A stretch of 64,000 nucleotides of DNA from Eledone cirrhosa (Eukaryota), in NCBI GenBank assembly GCA_964016885.1, contig OZ024741.1:390476001-390540000 (forward strand), in the 5' to 3' direction. Positions 1-12,307 of this stretch are shown here, piece by piece; positions within the stretch are counted from its first letter, which is position 1, and every line of letters begins with the position of its first letter. The position numbers were made by a program, and so were the translations under genes. A model generated the notes under the pieces. That model worked only from the letters and a program-made list of their open reading frames with translations, did no database searches and was not told the DNA's origin.

Positions 1-1887
1 GGCATAGCAGCATCATCGTTAACTGTTATAAGGGTAAAGGAGACGCCCTAGATAGGAGTAACTATAGAGGCATTAAATTAATCGACCAGGTCATGAAGGT
101 CACGGAAAAAGTAATAGCGCAACTAATCAGAGAGAGAATTGACCTAGATGAAATGCAGTTCGGGTTTGTGTCAGGCAAAAGTACCACAGACGCTCTTTTC
201 ATAGTACGACAACTACAGGAGAAGTACCTAGCTAAAGGTAAACCCCTCTACTTAGCTTTTGTCGACTTGGAGAAAGCCTTCGACAGAGTCCCCCGCTCCA
301 TTATCTGGTGGGCTCTTAGAAAACTAGGCGTTGACGAATGGCTTGTGAGGGCTATACAAGCCATGTATAAAGAAACAGTCAGCAAGGTTAGAATTAACAA
401 CGAATATAGTGAAGAGTTTAGCGTAAAAGTTGGCGTCCATCAGGGCTCTGTTCTCAGCCCCCTACTATTTATTATTGCCCTTCAGGCTATAACAGAGGAG
501 TTCAAGACAGGCTGCCCATGGGAACTCCTATACGCAGACGACCTGACACTCATAGCGGAATCAATGGCCGAGCTAGAGAAGAAATTCCAAACATGGAAGC
601 ACGGCCTAGAGTCAAAAGGACTTAAAATTAACCTGGCTAAGACCAAAGTACTAGTTTGTAGGAAAGAAAACAAGGCGGCGGTCCCTTCTGGGAAATGGTC
701 GTGCTCGGTATGTAGGAAAGGCGTAGGTAGAAACTCCATTTTATGTCCTAAATGCAAAGTATGGGTGCATAAAAGATGTAGTGGGATCACAGGTAAGCTA
801 ACTAAGAACATAGATTTTACATGTGGCCGGTGTTCTGGTGCAATAAGTAGCAGCAAGTGCCCACAAAATACTAGCTCTTTCAATTGCGCAGAGGGTTCTA
901 TAGAAATAGTGGACAGCTTCCGTTACCTGGGCGATAAAATCAGCAGTGGGGGAGGGTGCTCTGAAAGTACTGTAGCTAGAGTCAGAACTGGTTGGAAAAA
1001 GTTCAGAGAGCTTATACCACTATTAGCTGCTAAAGGGTTCTCCCTAAAAATGAAAGGCAGGTTGTACGATGCCTGCATACGAACAGCAATGCTGCATGGC
1101 AGTGAGACCTGGGCATTGTGTGCAGAGGATATACGCAGACTAGAGAGGAACGAAGCTTGCATGCTCCGCTGGATGTGTAACAGTAATATACGTGAACGGC
1201 AAAGCATAAACGAACTAAGGAAAAAATTAGAGATAAGAGGGATCAGATGTTGTTTACTCGAGAGAAGGCTACGTTGGTATGGACACGTGATGCGCATGAA
1301 AGTCGATAGCTGTATAACAAAGTGCAGGGCAATAAAGATAGACGGTAGTCACGGAATAGGCAGACCTAGAAAAACCTGGGACGAGCTGATAAACTCCGAC
1401 ATCACACACTTACACCTCTCCAAGACAATGTCACTGGACCGAGACCTTTGGCGGTACTCAGTAACAGAGAAGACCCGCCTTACCTAAATATATAGTAAAA
1501 CCTACTCCAGCCAGTAGGCATCTCTAACAAAATACACCCCGTCCCACCACCACCACCCCCACCCCATCCACACCACCCCGTTCTATGTAAAGTTATGTTG
1601 GTGCCGCGCCATCGAGGCCGAAACAAATGAGATCGTGTAGGTGTCACGACAAAAAAACACACAGTCCACGCTGTAATGTGGCCGTGTAGGCAACACGGTA
1701 AAAACCTCCCAGACCCACACTGTAAATGTGGTTGGTGTTAGGAAGGGCATCCAACTGTAGAAAACCTGCCAGACAGTCCTATGCGAGCAAGACAATCACT
1801 CTTGCCTCAAGTGGGACTACCCCCGTCCAAACCCATGCATGCATGGAACACGGACGTTAAACGTTGATGATGATGATGATGATGATG
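1..1887 (+). mobile_element. RTE-clade LINE, 3' part (RT, 3' UTR, (GAT)n tail); continues off the left edge
   Basis: RT motifs QFGF, FVDLEKAFD, GVHQGSVLSPLLF, YADD, FRYLG and the RTE-type C-terminus (RRLRWYGHVMR, GRPRKTW, DRDLWR). The 3' end reads AACCCATGCATGCATGGAACACGGACGTTAAACGTT(GAT)n. Confidence 0.93.
93..1487 (+). CDS. LINE reverse transcriptase (partial; frame already open at window position 3) with inserted C4HC3 PHD-like finger
   Basis: Uninterrupted ORF. In-frame upstream sequence reads HSSIIVNCYKGKGDALDRSNYRGIKLIDQV. CSVC..CPKC..HKRC..CGRC lies between KTKVL and FRYLG. Confidence 0.9.
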   Translation: MKVTEKVIAQLIRERIDLDEMQFGFVSGKSTTDALFIVRQLQEKYLAKGKPLYLAFVDLEKAFDRVPRSIIWWALRKLGVDEWLVRAIQAMYKETVSKVRINNEYSEEFSVKVGVHQGSVLSPLLFIIALQAITEEFKTGCPWELLYADDLTLIAESMAELEKKFQTWKHGLESKGLKINLAKTKVLVCRKENKAAVPSGKWSCSVCRKGVGRNSILCPKCKVWVHKRCSGITGKLTKNIDFTCGRCSGAISSSKCPQNTSSFNCAEGSIEIVDSFRYLGDKISSGGGCSESTVARVRTGWKKFRELIPLLAAKGFSLKMKGRLYDACIRTAMLHGSETWALCAEDIRRLERNEACMLRWMCNSNIRERQSINELRKKLEIRGIRCCLLERRLRWYGHVMRMKVDSCITKCRAIKIDGSHGIGRPRKTWDELINSDITHLHLSKTMSLDRDLWRYSVTEKTRLT

Positions 1888-2022
1888 GATTGACGTCCTG
1901 CCCAGAGGGGAGTCATCTACTGTCACTCGGTTCATGCCATAGAAACTGGGATAGGTACTGGCATGATCAGCCTCCAGGTATGAAACAGGCTCTGCTTTTA
2001 TGATACAAAAATATTTATTTCA

Positions 2023-2024
<2 letters not shown>

Positions 2025-2105
<81 letters not shown>

Positions 2106-2151
2106 TGTGTGTGTGTGTCTGTGTGTGTGTCTGTGTCTGTGTGTGTGTGTG
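2025..2151. repeat. (GT)n microsatellite
   Basis: Long GT run with a few CT interruptions. Confidence 0.97.
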
Positions 2152-2629
2152 CAGGGATAGCTCTGTGGTTGAGAAATTCAGTCGAGAGTAGAGGAAGTGG
2201 TCTTGGGTTTAATCCCGCTGTGTGTCACCCTGGGAAAACTGGCCAATGCTGCTCTTAGGAAATTTAGAAGGTGGAAACTATACAGAAACCCATCATATAT
2301 ATGTGCGTGTGCATGTCTGTGCCTTCCTCATGCTTTTGTCGCCATATAGATTTATCCCGCACATAGGTTCCGGGTGCTTGCTTCCTCTTCCACATTTTCT
2401 TTTTTGTAGGTTCCCACCATAATTCTGTTGGCTGAGTTCAGAGGGAGAGTGATAGGGGACATGGCATATAAATTTGATATTGCTAAATATCTAGTCCACA
2501 TTCCATATGCTTGTATTATTATGACTGTAAAGATTCTTCCTGGTCAAATGTAAGCTATAACCTTTTCAACCCTTCTTGTTAACTCAGCTATCCCAACAGT
2601 TGGGTATGTGTTTATATGTGTAAACATTT

Positions 2630-2740
2630 ATCATCATCATCATCATCATTCTTTAACATCTATCTTCCACGCTAGCATGGGTTAGACATATATAACCCAT
2701 GCTAGCATGGAAGAACGGACGTAAAACGCTGATGATGATA
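2630..2740. repeat. Inverted pair of RTE 3' tails (hairpin)
   Basis: (CAT)n..TTCCACGCTAGCATGGGTTA, spacer GACATATA, then TAACCCATGCTAGCATGGAA..(GAT)n. Confidence 0.8.
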
Positions 2741-2752
2741 TATATATTTAAT

Positions 2753-3035
2753 ATTTCTCTTTCTTTAGTAGGATTTTGAAATTGATATAAATGCATTTTC
2801 TTAACGTCTGTGTAGAGTATGAGTGTATACATTTATATATAAATTATATTTGTTATTTCTCTCTCTTTCCTCTGTAGTATCTTAAAATAGATTTATCCCA
2901 CATGTAAATTCTAAATTTGATATTTATCTTTCTTTCATAGAATTTAAAAAAATTATACAAATGCATTTTCTTAATGGTTGTGTAATGTATGAGTGTGCAC
3001 ATTCATATATAAATTATATCTGTTATTTCCCTCCC
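2753..3035. repeat. Degenerate direct duplication, period ~171 bp
   Basis: AAATGCATTTTCTTAA..TATGAGTGT..CATT.ATATATAAATTATAT.TGTTATTTC occurs at ~2788 and ~2958. Confidence 0.75.
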
Positions 3036-3329
3036 TTGGGTGCCAAGTGTCTTCCCACCCACACCATCATACTTCGAGACCAATCAAACAACAGCAGCAT
3101 CAATTATCTTCAAAATATCACTATTACTATCACTAATATAAGGTGCTGTGTGTTTTAGTTTGACTGGCAGCTAGACAGGGTTTGAAGACATCTTCCTGGC
3201 ATGAATCCACTTGAATACAGGCGACTAAGCAAACCTTTATTTCAGAAATAGAAAGTTGGCACCAACCCTAATATAAATTCCACCTCCATTTCCAAAGATC
3301 CCATCCCTCTTTTCCAGCAAACTCTAAAA

Positions 3330-6297
3330 CCTCATAGCTGCAGCTTTTAATGTAGGCACAATGAAAGGAAGATCAGGAGAGATTGTAGAGATGTTAGAGT
3401 GAAAGAAAAGTAGATATGTAGTTATGGAGAGAGGGATCAGCTAGACTCCTTGTTGGTAAAGAACAAATTTTTCTCGGTGGGAAATGATTACTAAGTGGAG
3501 TAGGTATTCTGTTAGCAGAAAAATGGTTAGATAATGTAATTGCAGCACATAGAATAAATGACAGAATCATTAAGTTAATTATAGTCCTAGATAAAACGAC
3601 TGTAACAATTATATCTGTATATGCACCACATTCAGGACTACCAGACAGGCTAAAAGATGATTTTTAGGAATCCCTAATACAGACTACTTTAGTGAATGAC
3701 CAGGAACTATTAATCATAGCAGGAGACATCAATGGACATGTTGGGCAACACAGTGATGGCTTCCATGGGATACATGGTGGGTATGGAGTTGGTGCTAGAA
3801 ATGAGGAAGAATCCAAGGTTCCCAGAATTCTGTGATGCTAATGAACTGATGATCTATAACATTAACTTAAAAAGAACCTGACAACCACTTAATCACCTAT
3901 AGATCAGGTGAGCACACCAGCCATATAGATTTCATCCTCACCAGAAAACGAGATAGAATGATGGTCGTAAACACAAAATCCCTTCCGGGTGAGGAATGCA
4001 CCGCCCAGCATAACCAGGTAGTTGGTAACTTACTAATTAGAGCTAGACAAACTCAGAGATTGGGGTGGGGGGACCTGGAGGAGAATGATAGGATAATTGA
4101 AGAAGCCCTCAGCTTTTAACACATTTTAGAATATCTTACTTGACACTCTTGACAATAAGGAAGAAATAGCGACATGATATAGAGGGGCAGTGGTGTTCCT
4201 GAGAGGTAAGCTACTGAAGGCTACAAATGAGGTATGTGGCTAGAGCAGAGGTCCAGGGAGTAGGAGAGTGGCTTGGTGGTAGAATAATAGAGTGGATGAA
4301 ACAAGGCCAAGAGACAGGCATGGAAGGAATGGCAAAATGAGGATAGCAGAAAACTTTACCAAGTGGCAAGGAGAGAGGCAAGGCAACAAGTATACTTTGT
4401 AAGGAGGAAAATAAAAACTTTATGCATGTTATGTGGCATGAGGACCAAAGACACGAGGTGTTCAGGTTTGCAGGGCAGTGTGTGAGGGAAAATATTGATG
4501 TTGTGGGATAGAAGTGTGTTTCAGATGATAATAGTGCACTTGCCCTCACTGAAACTGAAAAGAAGGGAGCATAGAAATGTCATTATGAGAGACTGATGAA
4601 TGAGGAAAATGTGTGGGAAGAAATAGCCTGTGCCAAGTGGACCCTACTGAGGGACCAGCAGTACAAGGTAGTAGCAGTGTAGTAAGGCAATTAAAGACAT
4701 GAAAACAGGCTAAGCAGCAGGGCTATCAGGAATAGTTGCTGAGATGCTGAAAGCATTTGGGATGGTAGGACACACCATAACGACCTATATTGTTAACCAA
4801 GTAATACAAAATGGTGCCATATCCAATGACTGGCATAACAACAGCATTGTCAATTGCTACAAGGGCAAGGGTGATGCACTAAACAGAGGGAACTATCAGG
4901 GCATAAAACTGATGGACCAGGTCATGAAAGTTACAGAAAGAGTCATTGTACAACTGATTAGGGATAGAATTAAACTAGAAGAGATGCAGTATGGATTTGT
5001 GCCTGGTAGAAGTACCACAGATGCCCTCTTTCTTATGAGACAGTTGCAGGAGAAGTATCTAGCTAAAAGCAAACCCCTCTACTTAGCAGTTGTTGACCTA
5101 GAGAAAGCTTTTGACAGGGTCCACCATTCTGTAATCTGGTGGGCTCTTAGGAGAGTAGAAGAGAGGCTAATGAGGGCAGTACAAGCCATGTACAGAAGTA
5201 CTGTCAGCAAGATTAAAGTTAATAATGATTATAGAAAGGAATTTTGTGTGCAAATTGGGGTCCACCAGGTTCTGTCCTTAGCCCTCTCCTGTTTATTATC
5301 ATCCTCGAGGCTATAACATAAGAGTTTAAAACAGGATGCTCCAGAAAACGCCTGTATGCAGATGAGCTAACTCTCATAGCTGAATCTATTACAGAACTAG
5401 AGAAAAAATTCCTGAGCAGGAAGCATAACCTGGAATCAAAAGGTCTTAAAGTCAACTAGGCAAGGACCAAAGTTCTAGTAAGTAGTAAAGAAAACAAGGC
5501 CCTGATCCCTTCTGGGGAATGGCCCTGCTCATTGTGTAGGAAAGGAATGGGAAGAAATTCCACTCTCTGTCCAAAATGCAAGCTCTGGGTACACAAGAGA
5601 TGTAGTGGGATGTCAGGTAGGTTAGCTAAAAACATAGGTTTTACTTGTGGCCGTTACACAGGAGCAGTAAGCAGCAAACACTAACAGGAAACAAGTGCTA
5701 TCAAATTCTTGGAAGGTTTCGTAGAAGCAGTTGACAGCTTCTGCTACCTGGGTGAGTAAATTAGCCGTGGAGGTAGGTGTGCTGAAAGTATGGTAGCCAG
5801 AATGAGAAGGGGATGGAAAAAGTATAGGGAGTTACTACTGCTGCTAGTTACAATTGGTTTTTCCTTGAAAATGAAGGGCAGGTTGTATGATGCATGTATA
5901 CGAACAGTGCAATATTGCATGGTAGTGAGAACTGGGCGCTGTTTGTAAAGGACCTACGAAGAGTGGGAAGAAATGAAGCTGGCATGCTTCAATGGATGTG
6001 TAATTGTTATATACATGAATGGCAAAGCATAAATGAATCCCCATGCACCTCCCTCACCCCAGCCCCCAGCACCCAGTCCACACTGTAAAGTAGCTGTGTA
6101 GCTGTCATGACAAAAAGCACCCAGTCCACATTGTAAATGTGGCTGGTGTTAGGAAGGGCATCCAGCCATAGAAACCAAGCCAAAATCAGTTCTGTATGAG
6201 CAAGACAAGGTCATCTGATCTGGAATGGCTCACAACAGGACAACTCGTCTAACCCATGTTAGCATGGAAAAATGGACATTAAATGGGGATGATGATT
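3330..6297 (+). mobile_element. Older, near full-length RTE LINE (AP endonuclease + RT), inactivated
   Basis: Endonuclease remnants (FNVGTMKGRSGEIVEML, GVGIL, SVYAPHSG, AGDINGHVG, IDFIL). RT fragments (ORF 4744-5316, VDLEKAFD). Many stops and frameshifts. Same 3' tail as the copy at 1-1887. Confidence 0.9.
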
Positions 6298-6304
6298 ATT
6301 ATAT

Positions 6305-6361
<57 letters not shown>

Positions 6362-6816
6362 GATAAGTAAGTATACATAATTATCTAAATAATCAAATAA
6401 TTGATTTGAACTCTATGCGTCAAACCATGACGTCCGACCCTCTACCGATACTGCCAATCCACCGCCCTAATCAAATAATTGTTTCTACGTTTGGCACAAG
6501 GCCAGCAATTACCCAGTACATTACTGGTACTTTATTATCAAATAATGAAGGTCAAATATACAAGATGTTATTCACAAAATCAATAAAAAATTAGCAGAAA
6601 GGGAGGACTTTGGTGAAAAAATGCTGGATGAAAATAACAAACATTTTAAATTGTTATTGATTGGGCTTGAAAAGAAGAAGAAAAAGAGTATTATGTTCTT
6701 AGAACTGAATAAATAACACCATCAAATATGTCAGAATCACCTAAACGGAATAAAGGTAAACTATCAATTTGAAATATATTCATATTGCAGAGAATACATT
6801 TAAAAAAGTCTAAATT

Positions 6817-7057
6817 CTGTCTCAAGTCTGGAGGCTCATCAGGCCAGTGCTTATCCCAGTTTCCATGGCATTAAGTGACTGAGAGTACATGAACCTCACC
6901 TGGGCAGGACACTAGTCCATTGCAGGGTTAAACCCCCAACTGAATATACTAGAGCAATGTGAAAAGAACACGAAAAACAACCCAAGTCCAGGAATCAAGC
7001 CCACAAGATTATGATCGTAAATACAATACACTTACCACTAGGCCATGTACCTCCACT
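6817..7057 (-). mobile_element. tRNA-derived SINE, family B (internally deleted)
   Basis: Reverse-complement similarity to 28871-29146 (GTGGAGG.ACATGGCCTAGTGGTAAG head, CTGGGATAAGCACTGGCCTGATGAGCCTCCAG 3' part). Confidence 0.75.
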
Positions 7058-8658
7058 ACCTACAGAGAATACATACATGCAGCTTATGTCTGCAGGGCAG
7101 TCTATATTGTTGTTGAACCTCTGTTGGTTTGGATGATGAGGGTTCTAGTTGTTCAAACAAAGGAATAGCCTGCTCATGAAATTAATACACAGGTGATTGA
7201 GCATTTCACAGACACATGTACCCTTAACATAGTTCTCAGGGAGATTTAGTATGACATATTGTGTGACAAGGCTGGCCCTTTGAATTACAGGTATAACTCT
7301 TTTTTTTTCAGCTGAAGCAACATGAAAGTATTGTTGTCAACACTATTCAATTGAAAAAGGGAAGGAGAAACTCTACATCGTCAGTTGGGCAGCATATCTC
7401 AGATGTCTTGTGAGCATGATGGAAAAAAAGGTTACTATGAAGAATAATTGATGATATTCACTACATCAGCTATTCTATCTTATAGAGCTCCTTGCTCGGG
7501 TATGATACCCTTATCCTTATTTGATGGAAGAAAACAACAATCCAGGGACCAATAAAACTGGGCGTCTCAAAAGTGATTGGTAGATTAATTAAGAAAGTAA
7601 AAATAAAAATATAACTATACAAAACCATCTAAAACAGCTACAATGGAAAAAAAAATATTTTGTTATAATTTTGCCATTTTCTCAATATGACATTTTATCA
7701 GCACGCAGTAAAATACAATAATGGGAAAAACCAGATTGCTAGTATATTGATTTTATAGACCACCAGCAAACATTCAATCAGCTACTTCCATTCCAAAGGT
7801 ATGATTTATTTCAGGTTATTGATATCACTTTTTTGATATTGAATAATGATTTCCACTTTAGGCTCTATGCCAGTAACTTTGCAGGGAGAGGAAGGTCAAT
7901 TAAATTGACCCAGTACTGGACTGGTATGTATTTTATCGATCTCAGAGGATGAATAATTAAATAAATATTATAGTTTATATTCTTAAGCTTCTATTTTCTG
8001 AACTGATCAAATTCATAAAATGACTTAGTGAAATTTCTTTCTTTAATCTTTACTTTCTTAAAGCCACCTCCTTATAACATTATCCATACCTATATTGAAC
8101 TACTGCCAAATCATGTTTTTGTCATGCATTCTAATTAGCATAATTTTGAAACATTTAAGATATTATAAAGGAAAACTAATATAGTTAAGAAAATGTCAGA
8201 AGTGAGTGTTAATTCTAAGTGCAAATTCTACAAAAATTGGAAGAAAAAAAATCAACTTTGTTTTCTTCTATAAGAAAGAACCTTCTTGTAGAAGTCTCAA
8301 AATTTACCTGTATTAAATTTAGATGGCAAGCACATAAAAAGGAGTATATAAATATTCATGCACACCATTGCTACAATATGTCAATTACAAATCAGCTGCA
8401 ACTTTTAAAATAAAATATTTGCAGGGACAACTTCTTTTCTTTTTATCATACTTCAGTCCTTAAACCTTTGATACTCAGTATAAAACCATATTACTGAGTT
8501 ATATAACGCCAGGGTTGTTTGTTACACTAGAAACATGCATGATAGGAAGCAAAGCCAGCTAACAGATAACAAAGTTGACAAAGTAGCAAACATCAGTATG
8601 AAACACATTGAAGGGATACTACAAAGAACATGGTAGCATTACTGTCCATGATTACATT

Positions 8659-8660
<2 letters not shown>

Positions 8661-8712
<52 letters not shown>
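8661..8712. repeat. (CA)n microsatellite just downstream of a PIP5K exon donor
   Basis: Direct observation. Confidence 0.95.
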
Positions 8713-8717
<5 letters not shown>

Positions 8718-8740
8718 TAGAAAATATTAAAATATCATAC

Positions 8741-8967
8741 CTAGTACATCACTGGAACAACTTGGACTTGAGGTTGTATAGCTTGGTGTGCCTTCTGTGT
8801 ACTCAGTATGAGTAGGTGTTGACTCAGACAAACTAAGTGGTGGTGAGTGACCCAAACTGCTGGCGGGAGGCAACACTCCCACTCCACATATGTCAGATCT
8901 TGTGAAGGTTGGACTAGAAGATGCATTAGATACCATATCAGATCTGAAATGAAGTTCAAGCGGCCTT
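8741..8967 (-). CDS. PIP5K1: PIP5K1-like C-terminal Ser/Thr-rich exon (alternative in-frame acceptors at 8967, 8964 and 8943)
   Basis: CTCTAAC branch point, pyrimidine tract and aag acceptor; second acceptor tttcag at 8944-8946. Encodes (RPLELHFR)SDMVSNASSSPT...STPTHTEYTEGTPSYTTSSPSCSSDVL. Donor CTAG|gtatga. Phase 2 start matches the upstream exons; phase 1 end. TP..TEGTPS resembles invertebrate PIP5K tails (recalled, not searched). Confidence 0.72.
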
Positions 8968-10514
8968 CTTTCAAAAAAGTGAAACAAGTTAGAGTGAGAC
9001 ATGGAAGATGATAATATGAGAAGAAAATAAATAATAGGTTTGTAGAATAAGAAATTGAAAAAGAAGAATAAGAAAAATGATATAATACAAGAATTTTAAT
9101 TAAAGTGGATTAACAGCTAAAAACATTGTAGCTAAAGAGGTGGGGAAAATATTAACCTCGGCAGGATCCATATGTACAGGTATAACAACTTTGTAATAGT
9201 CATGTAATAAAGAAATTCTCATTAGGTCAGTAGTAATAATTATTTTACCAAACAGAGCTTAATATTTACTAAACCCTTGTGGGAAGAGATGTAAACAAAA
9301 TTATAGTTTAAGTGAACATCTAACACCACCAACAACATATATAAGTGTCAACTTGGCTGGTTGAGACACATGGACATGACTCCCAAGAGAGAGACATGCT
9401 AATTAGGTCCTGTATTGGTACCCTCGTGGAAAGAGGTGAAGAGGATATCCCAAGATGAACTGGTGGCAGAAACCTATCAACACAAGTTGGAATGGTGTAT
9501 TGATAGATGCAAGTAACCATGATCATTGGAGCACTTTAGCTGCCTCATGCATCTCAAGATGCGGGAGTGTGTATAAGTCGAAGTTTAAGTAAATAAGAAC
9601 ATATAAAAAACCTAAGACAGCTACACTGACATAGTTAAAACTAAACTGAACTGAACTGTGATTGCATGCACACAAACATATGATACAAATAGCATGGTTG
9701 CATGCTGCTTCTTCATGCATAGGCCTAAGTGCTCAATATGCACATGCAGTGATGTCATAAAATCTTGACTGTGTGTGTGTAGGCATGTGAGTGTAGTCAT
9801 CATCATCATTATCTCCACAACTACTATTTAATGCCTATGTTCCATGCTTGCATGGGTTAGATGGGCAGTCAGATTATGAGGCTAAACTGATCAAGTGACC
9901 ACATCTTCCCCAAGCAATTTGAGTTTCTATGCCTGGATGTCTTTTCTTACACCAACCACATTACAGCATGTACTGGGAGCTTTTTTGTGGCACCACCACT
10001 ACAACTTTATAGAATGGACTAGCTGTTTTTTGTCATGGCACCAATAGCAGCAAATTATAGGGTGGACTGAGTACTTTTGTCATGGCACCAGAATGACTCT
10101 CCTACAGGGTGGACTGGATGCTTTTTGTTCTGGCAATAGAACAACCCTCATACAGATTAGACTGAGTGTGTTTTATTATGTAAAAAGAGAGAACAAGCAT
10201 CAGGCTCTATGTTACTTGCTATAGGGGTGGGGTTATCCCACAGTGGGAGAGTGATCAATGTGATATGAGAGTAGCTTTGAAGAGAGTGAGTTGCATTTGG
10301 CAGTATGTTGTGAAATAAATTCAGCTCTCCATGCATGGGTTTGGACAAGACAGCTGCACCAGAGATGCAGCAGAATGTGGGGGGAGGGGGTTACATTATC
10401 ATTATCGTTAAATACCTCTTTTTCATGCCCACCTGCGCCAGATGGGGTGTCATGTTCTGTGACTAAGCTGGACATGGGGAGAGAGGCTATATTGAGTGGT
10501 ACTATAATGCAGTT

Positions 10515-10845
10515 CAACCTGCTTCATGGTTAGGTCAGGCATCTGCCTGCTAATGGTATCATGTAACCCAGTAAAACTTGCTTCATGGTTAGGTCAAGCT
10601 TTTGTCTGCTACTGGTACTATGTTACCCATACAATCCACTTCATAGTCAAGTGGTTGGTGACTAAACTGGCTCCCACACCAGACACTTGTCTGGTCAGGC
10701 TTCTGCTTGCTACTGGTACCATGTAACCCAGTACAACCGGCTTCATGGTTGAGTGGTCAGCGACTAAACCGGCTCATCCATCAGACACTTGTCTGGTGAG
10801 GACAGTAGGTGGCACTTCAGTAGCACAAAAAAACAAGAGCTGGTA
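10515..10845 (+). repeat. Interspersed repeat with internal ~60 and ~104 bp sub-repeats; related copy at ~45935-46230
   Basis: ATGGTTAGGTCAGGCATCT.CCTGCT and GACTAAAC.GGCTC..CCAGACACTTGTCTGG recur. The same motifs plus AGCACAAAAA.CAAGAGCTG occur at 45935-46075. Confidence 0.65.
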
Positions 10846-11611
10846 CTTTATTTTATCGACCTTGTAGGGATGAAAGGCAAAGCTAACCTAACCACAGCTG
10901 GATTTGAACTCAGAACATAAAGAGATGTAACTAATGACTGCAAAACATTTTGTTTGATGTTCTAATGACTTTGCCAATAGCTTTAAAAAATCAAGTAAAA
11001 TACCCTTAGGGACAGTGTGTATGTGTGTGCGCAAGCATGTACATGTGTGTCTGGGAGTGTGTGTGCATGGCATGGAAGGGGAGAACTGAAGGAGAGCAGA
11101 TAAGTATACCAATTCAATCAGTTTCTTGTTGTAAAAGAGATTCCCATAGCAAACATGAAACAATTTAGAATGGTTAGAAAAGAGTATAAAATGTCTAGCG
11201 AGCAAAAGCATGTATGGAATATGGTAATAAAAACTATTCTACTCATTCCATGCCAATGTGAAAGGAGAAAAGAAGGCAAGTGTTTGTTGTTAGTAAGTGC
11301 TAACAAGGTGCTGTGGAGATTCAGCTTTGTTTGAAATATTTAACTTCCAATTGATCATTAACTCAACGTTCTGTACTGCAAGAATCCATAATTACCAAGA
11401 CATTCTTCAAAAGTTAAAAGTAACACTATTACAACATTGTATGTATGTTTGTACCTGTAACTCCAGTGTAGTCATAGGGGCACCTTAGAGACATGCAATA
11501 CTTCTAAGAGTGATGTAATTAAGACAAATTTGAGCTGGCTATAAAATATTATCTATAGTGGTGCAACTACATAATCTACAATAATATATCCATTCTAAAA
11601 AATCTAAAGCC

Positions 11612-11862
11612 AGTCTCGAGCCTGGAGGCTCACCAGACGAGCGCTTATCCCACTTTCTGTGGCATGGAGTAATTGAGAATACAATCAGGATGTCAGACCA
11701 TCGCAGGTTAACTATTGTTGGTACTCATTTTCAGCTGAGTATACTGGAGCAACATGAAATGAAATGGCTCAAGAACACAACATATAACCCAGTCCAAGAA
11801 TTGAACCCATGACATTATTATCGTAAGTCTAACACCCTTACCACTAAATCACATGCCTCCAC
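11612..11862 (-). mobile_element. tRNA-derived SINE, family B
   Basis: Reverse complement of the family B consensus (CAGCTGAGTATACTGGAGCAACATGAAATGAA; CCCTTACCACTA..CACATGCCTCCAC). Confidence 0.8.
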
Positions 11863-12307
11863 TACTATTAGGTATCGCAGTAAGGCTCCGAAATGAAGCA
11901 ACAAGCACAGTTTGACCATGCAAAAATTCACTTTTTGCTTGAACATTTTCATTTCAAAATACATTTTTTTCCATGGACAATTATACATCATTTGAAAGTT
12001 CTGGGTGTGAACTTTCTTCTCCTATACTCTTTATCAAAATCTGATACATATCATGCCAGATCCCCCTCAATCCAACACTTACATATGCCAGATCCCCTCA
12101 ATCACTCTCATATTTCCAACCATTTGCAATGTTTGTCTCCTTTTCGTTTTTGACTGCTGAACAGTAACGCTAGTTCTAGTTCAATGCACTGGAGCACTAT
12201 AACTTGATATGTGTTGAAAATAATACTGATGAAGAAGACTTTTTTCTTTTTTTTTTATATAAAAATCAATGGTGGTAAGTCAGATAATCATTATGAAATA
12301 TTAAAGT

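Noticed and set aside
482-1297. Antisense ORFs shared with 56411-57133
   Set aside because: Shadows of the LINE RT frame, shared only because the copies are related.
8308-8370. Open 63-nt AG..GT segment after exon 8741 (MVCMNIYILLFMCLPSKFNT)
   Set aside because: Intron-like composition, weak pyrimidine tract and no recognisable similarity; not called as an exon.
10515-10845. Spaced repeats superficially like a CRISPR array
   Set aside because: Degenerate nested sub-repeats of a eukaryotic interspersed repeat; no unique spacers or cas genes.
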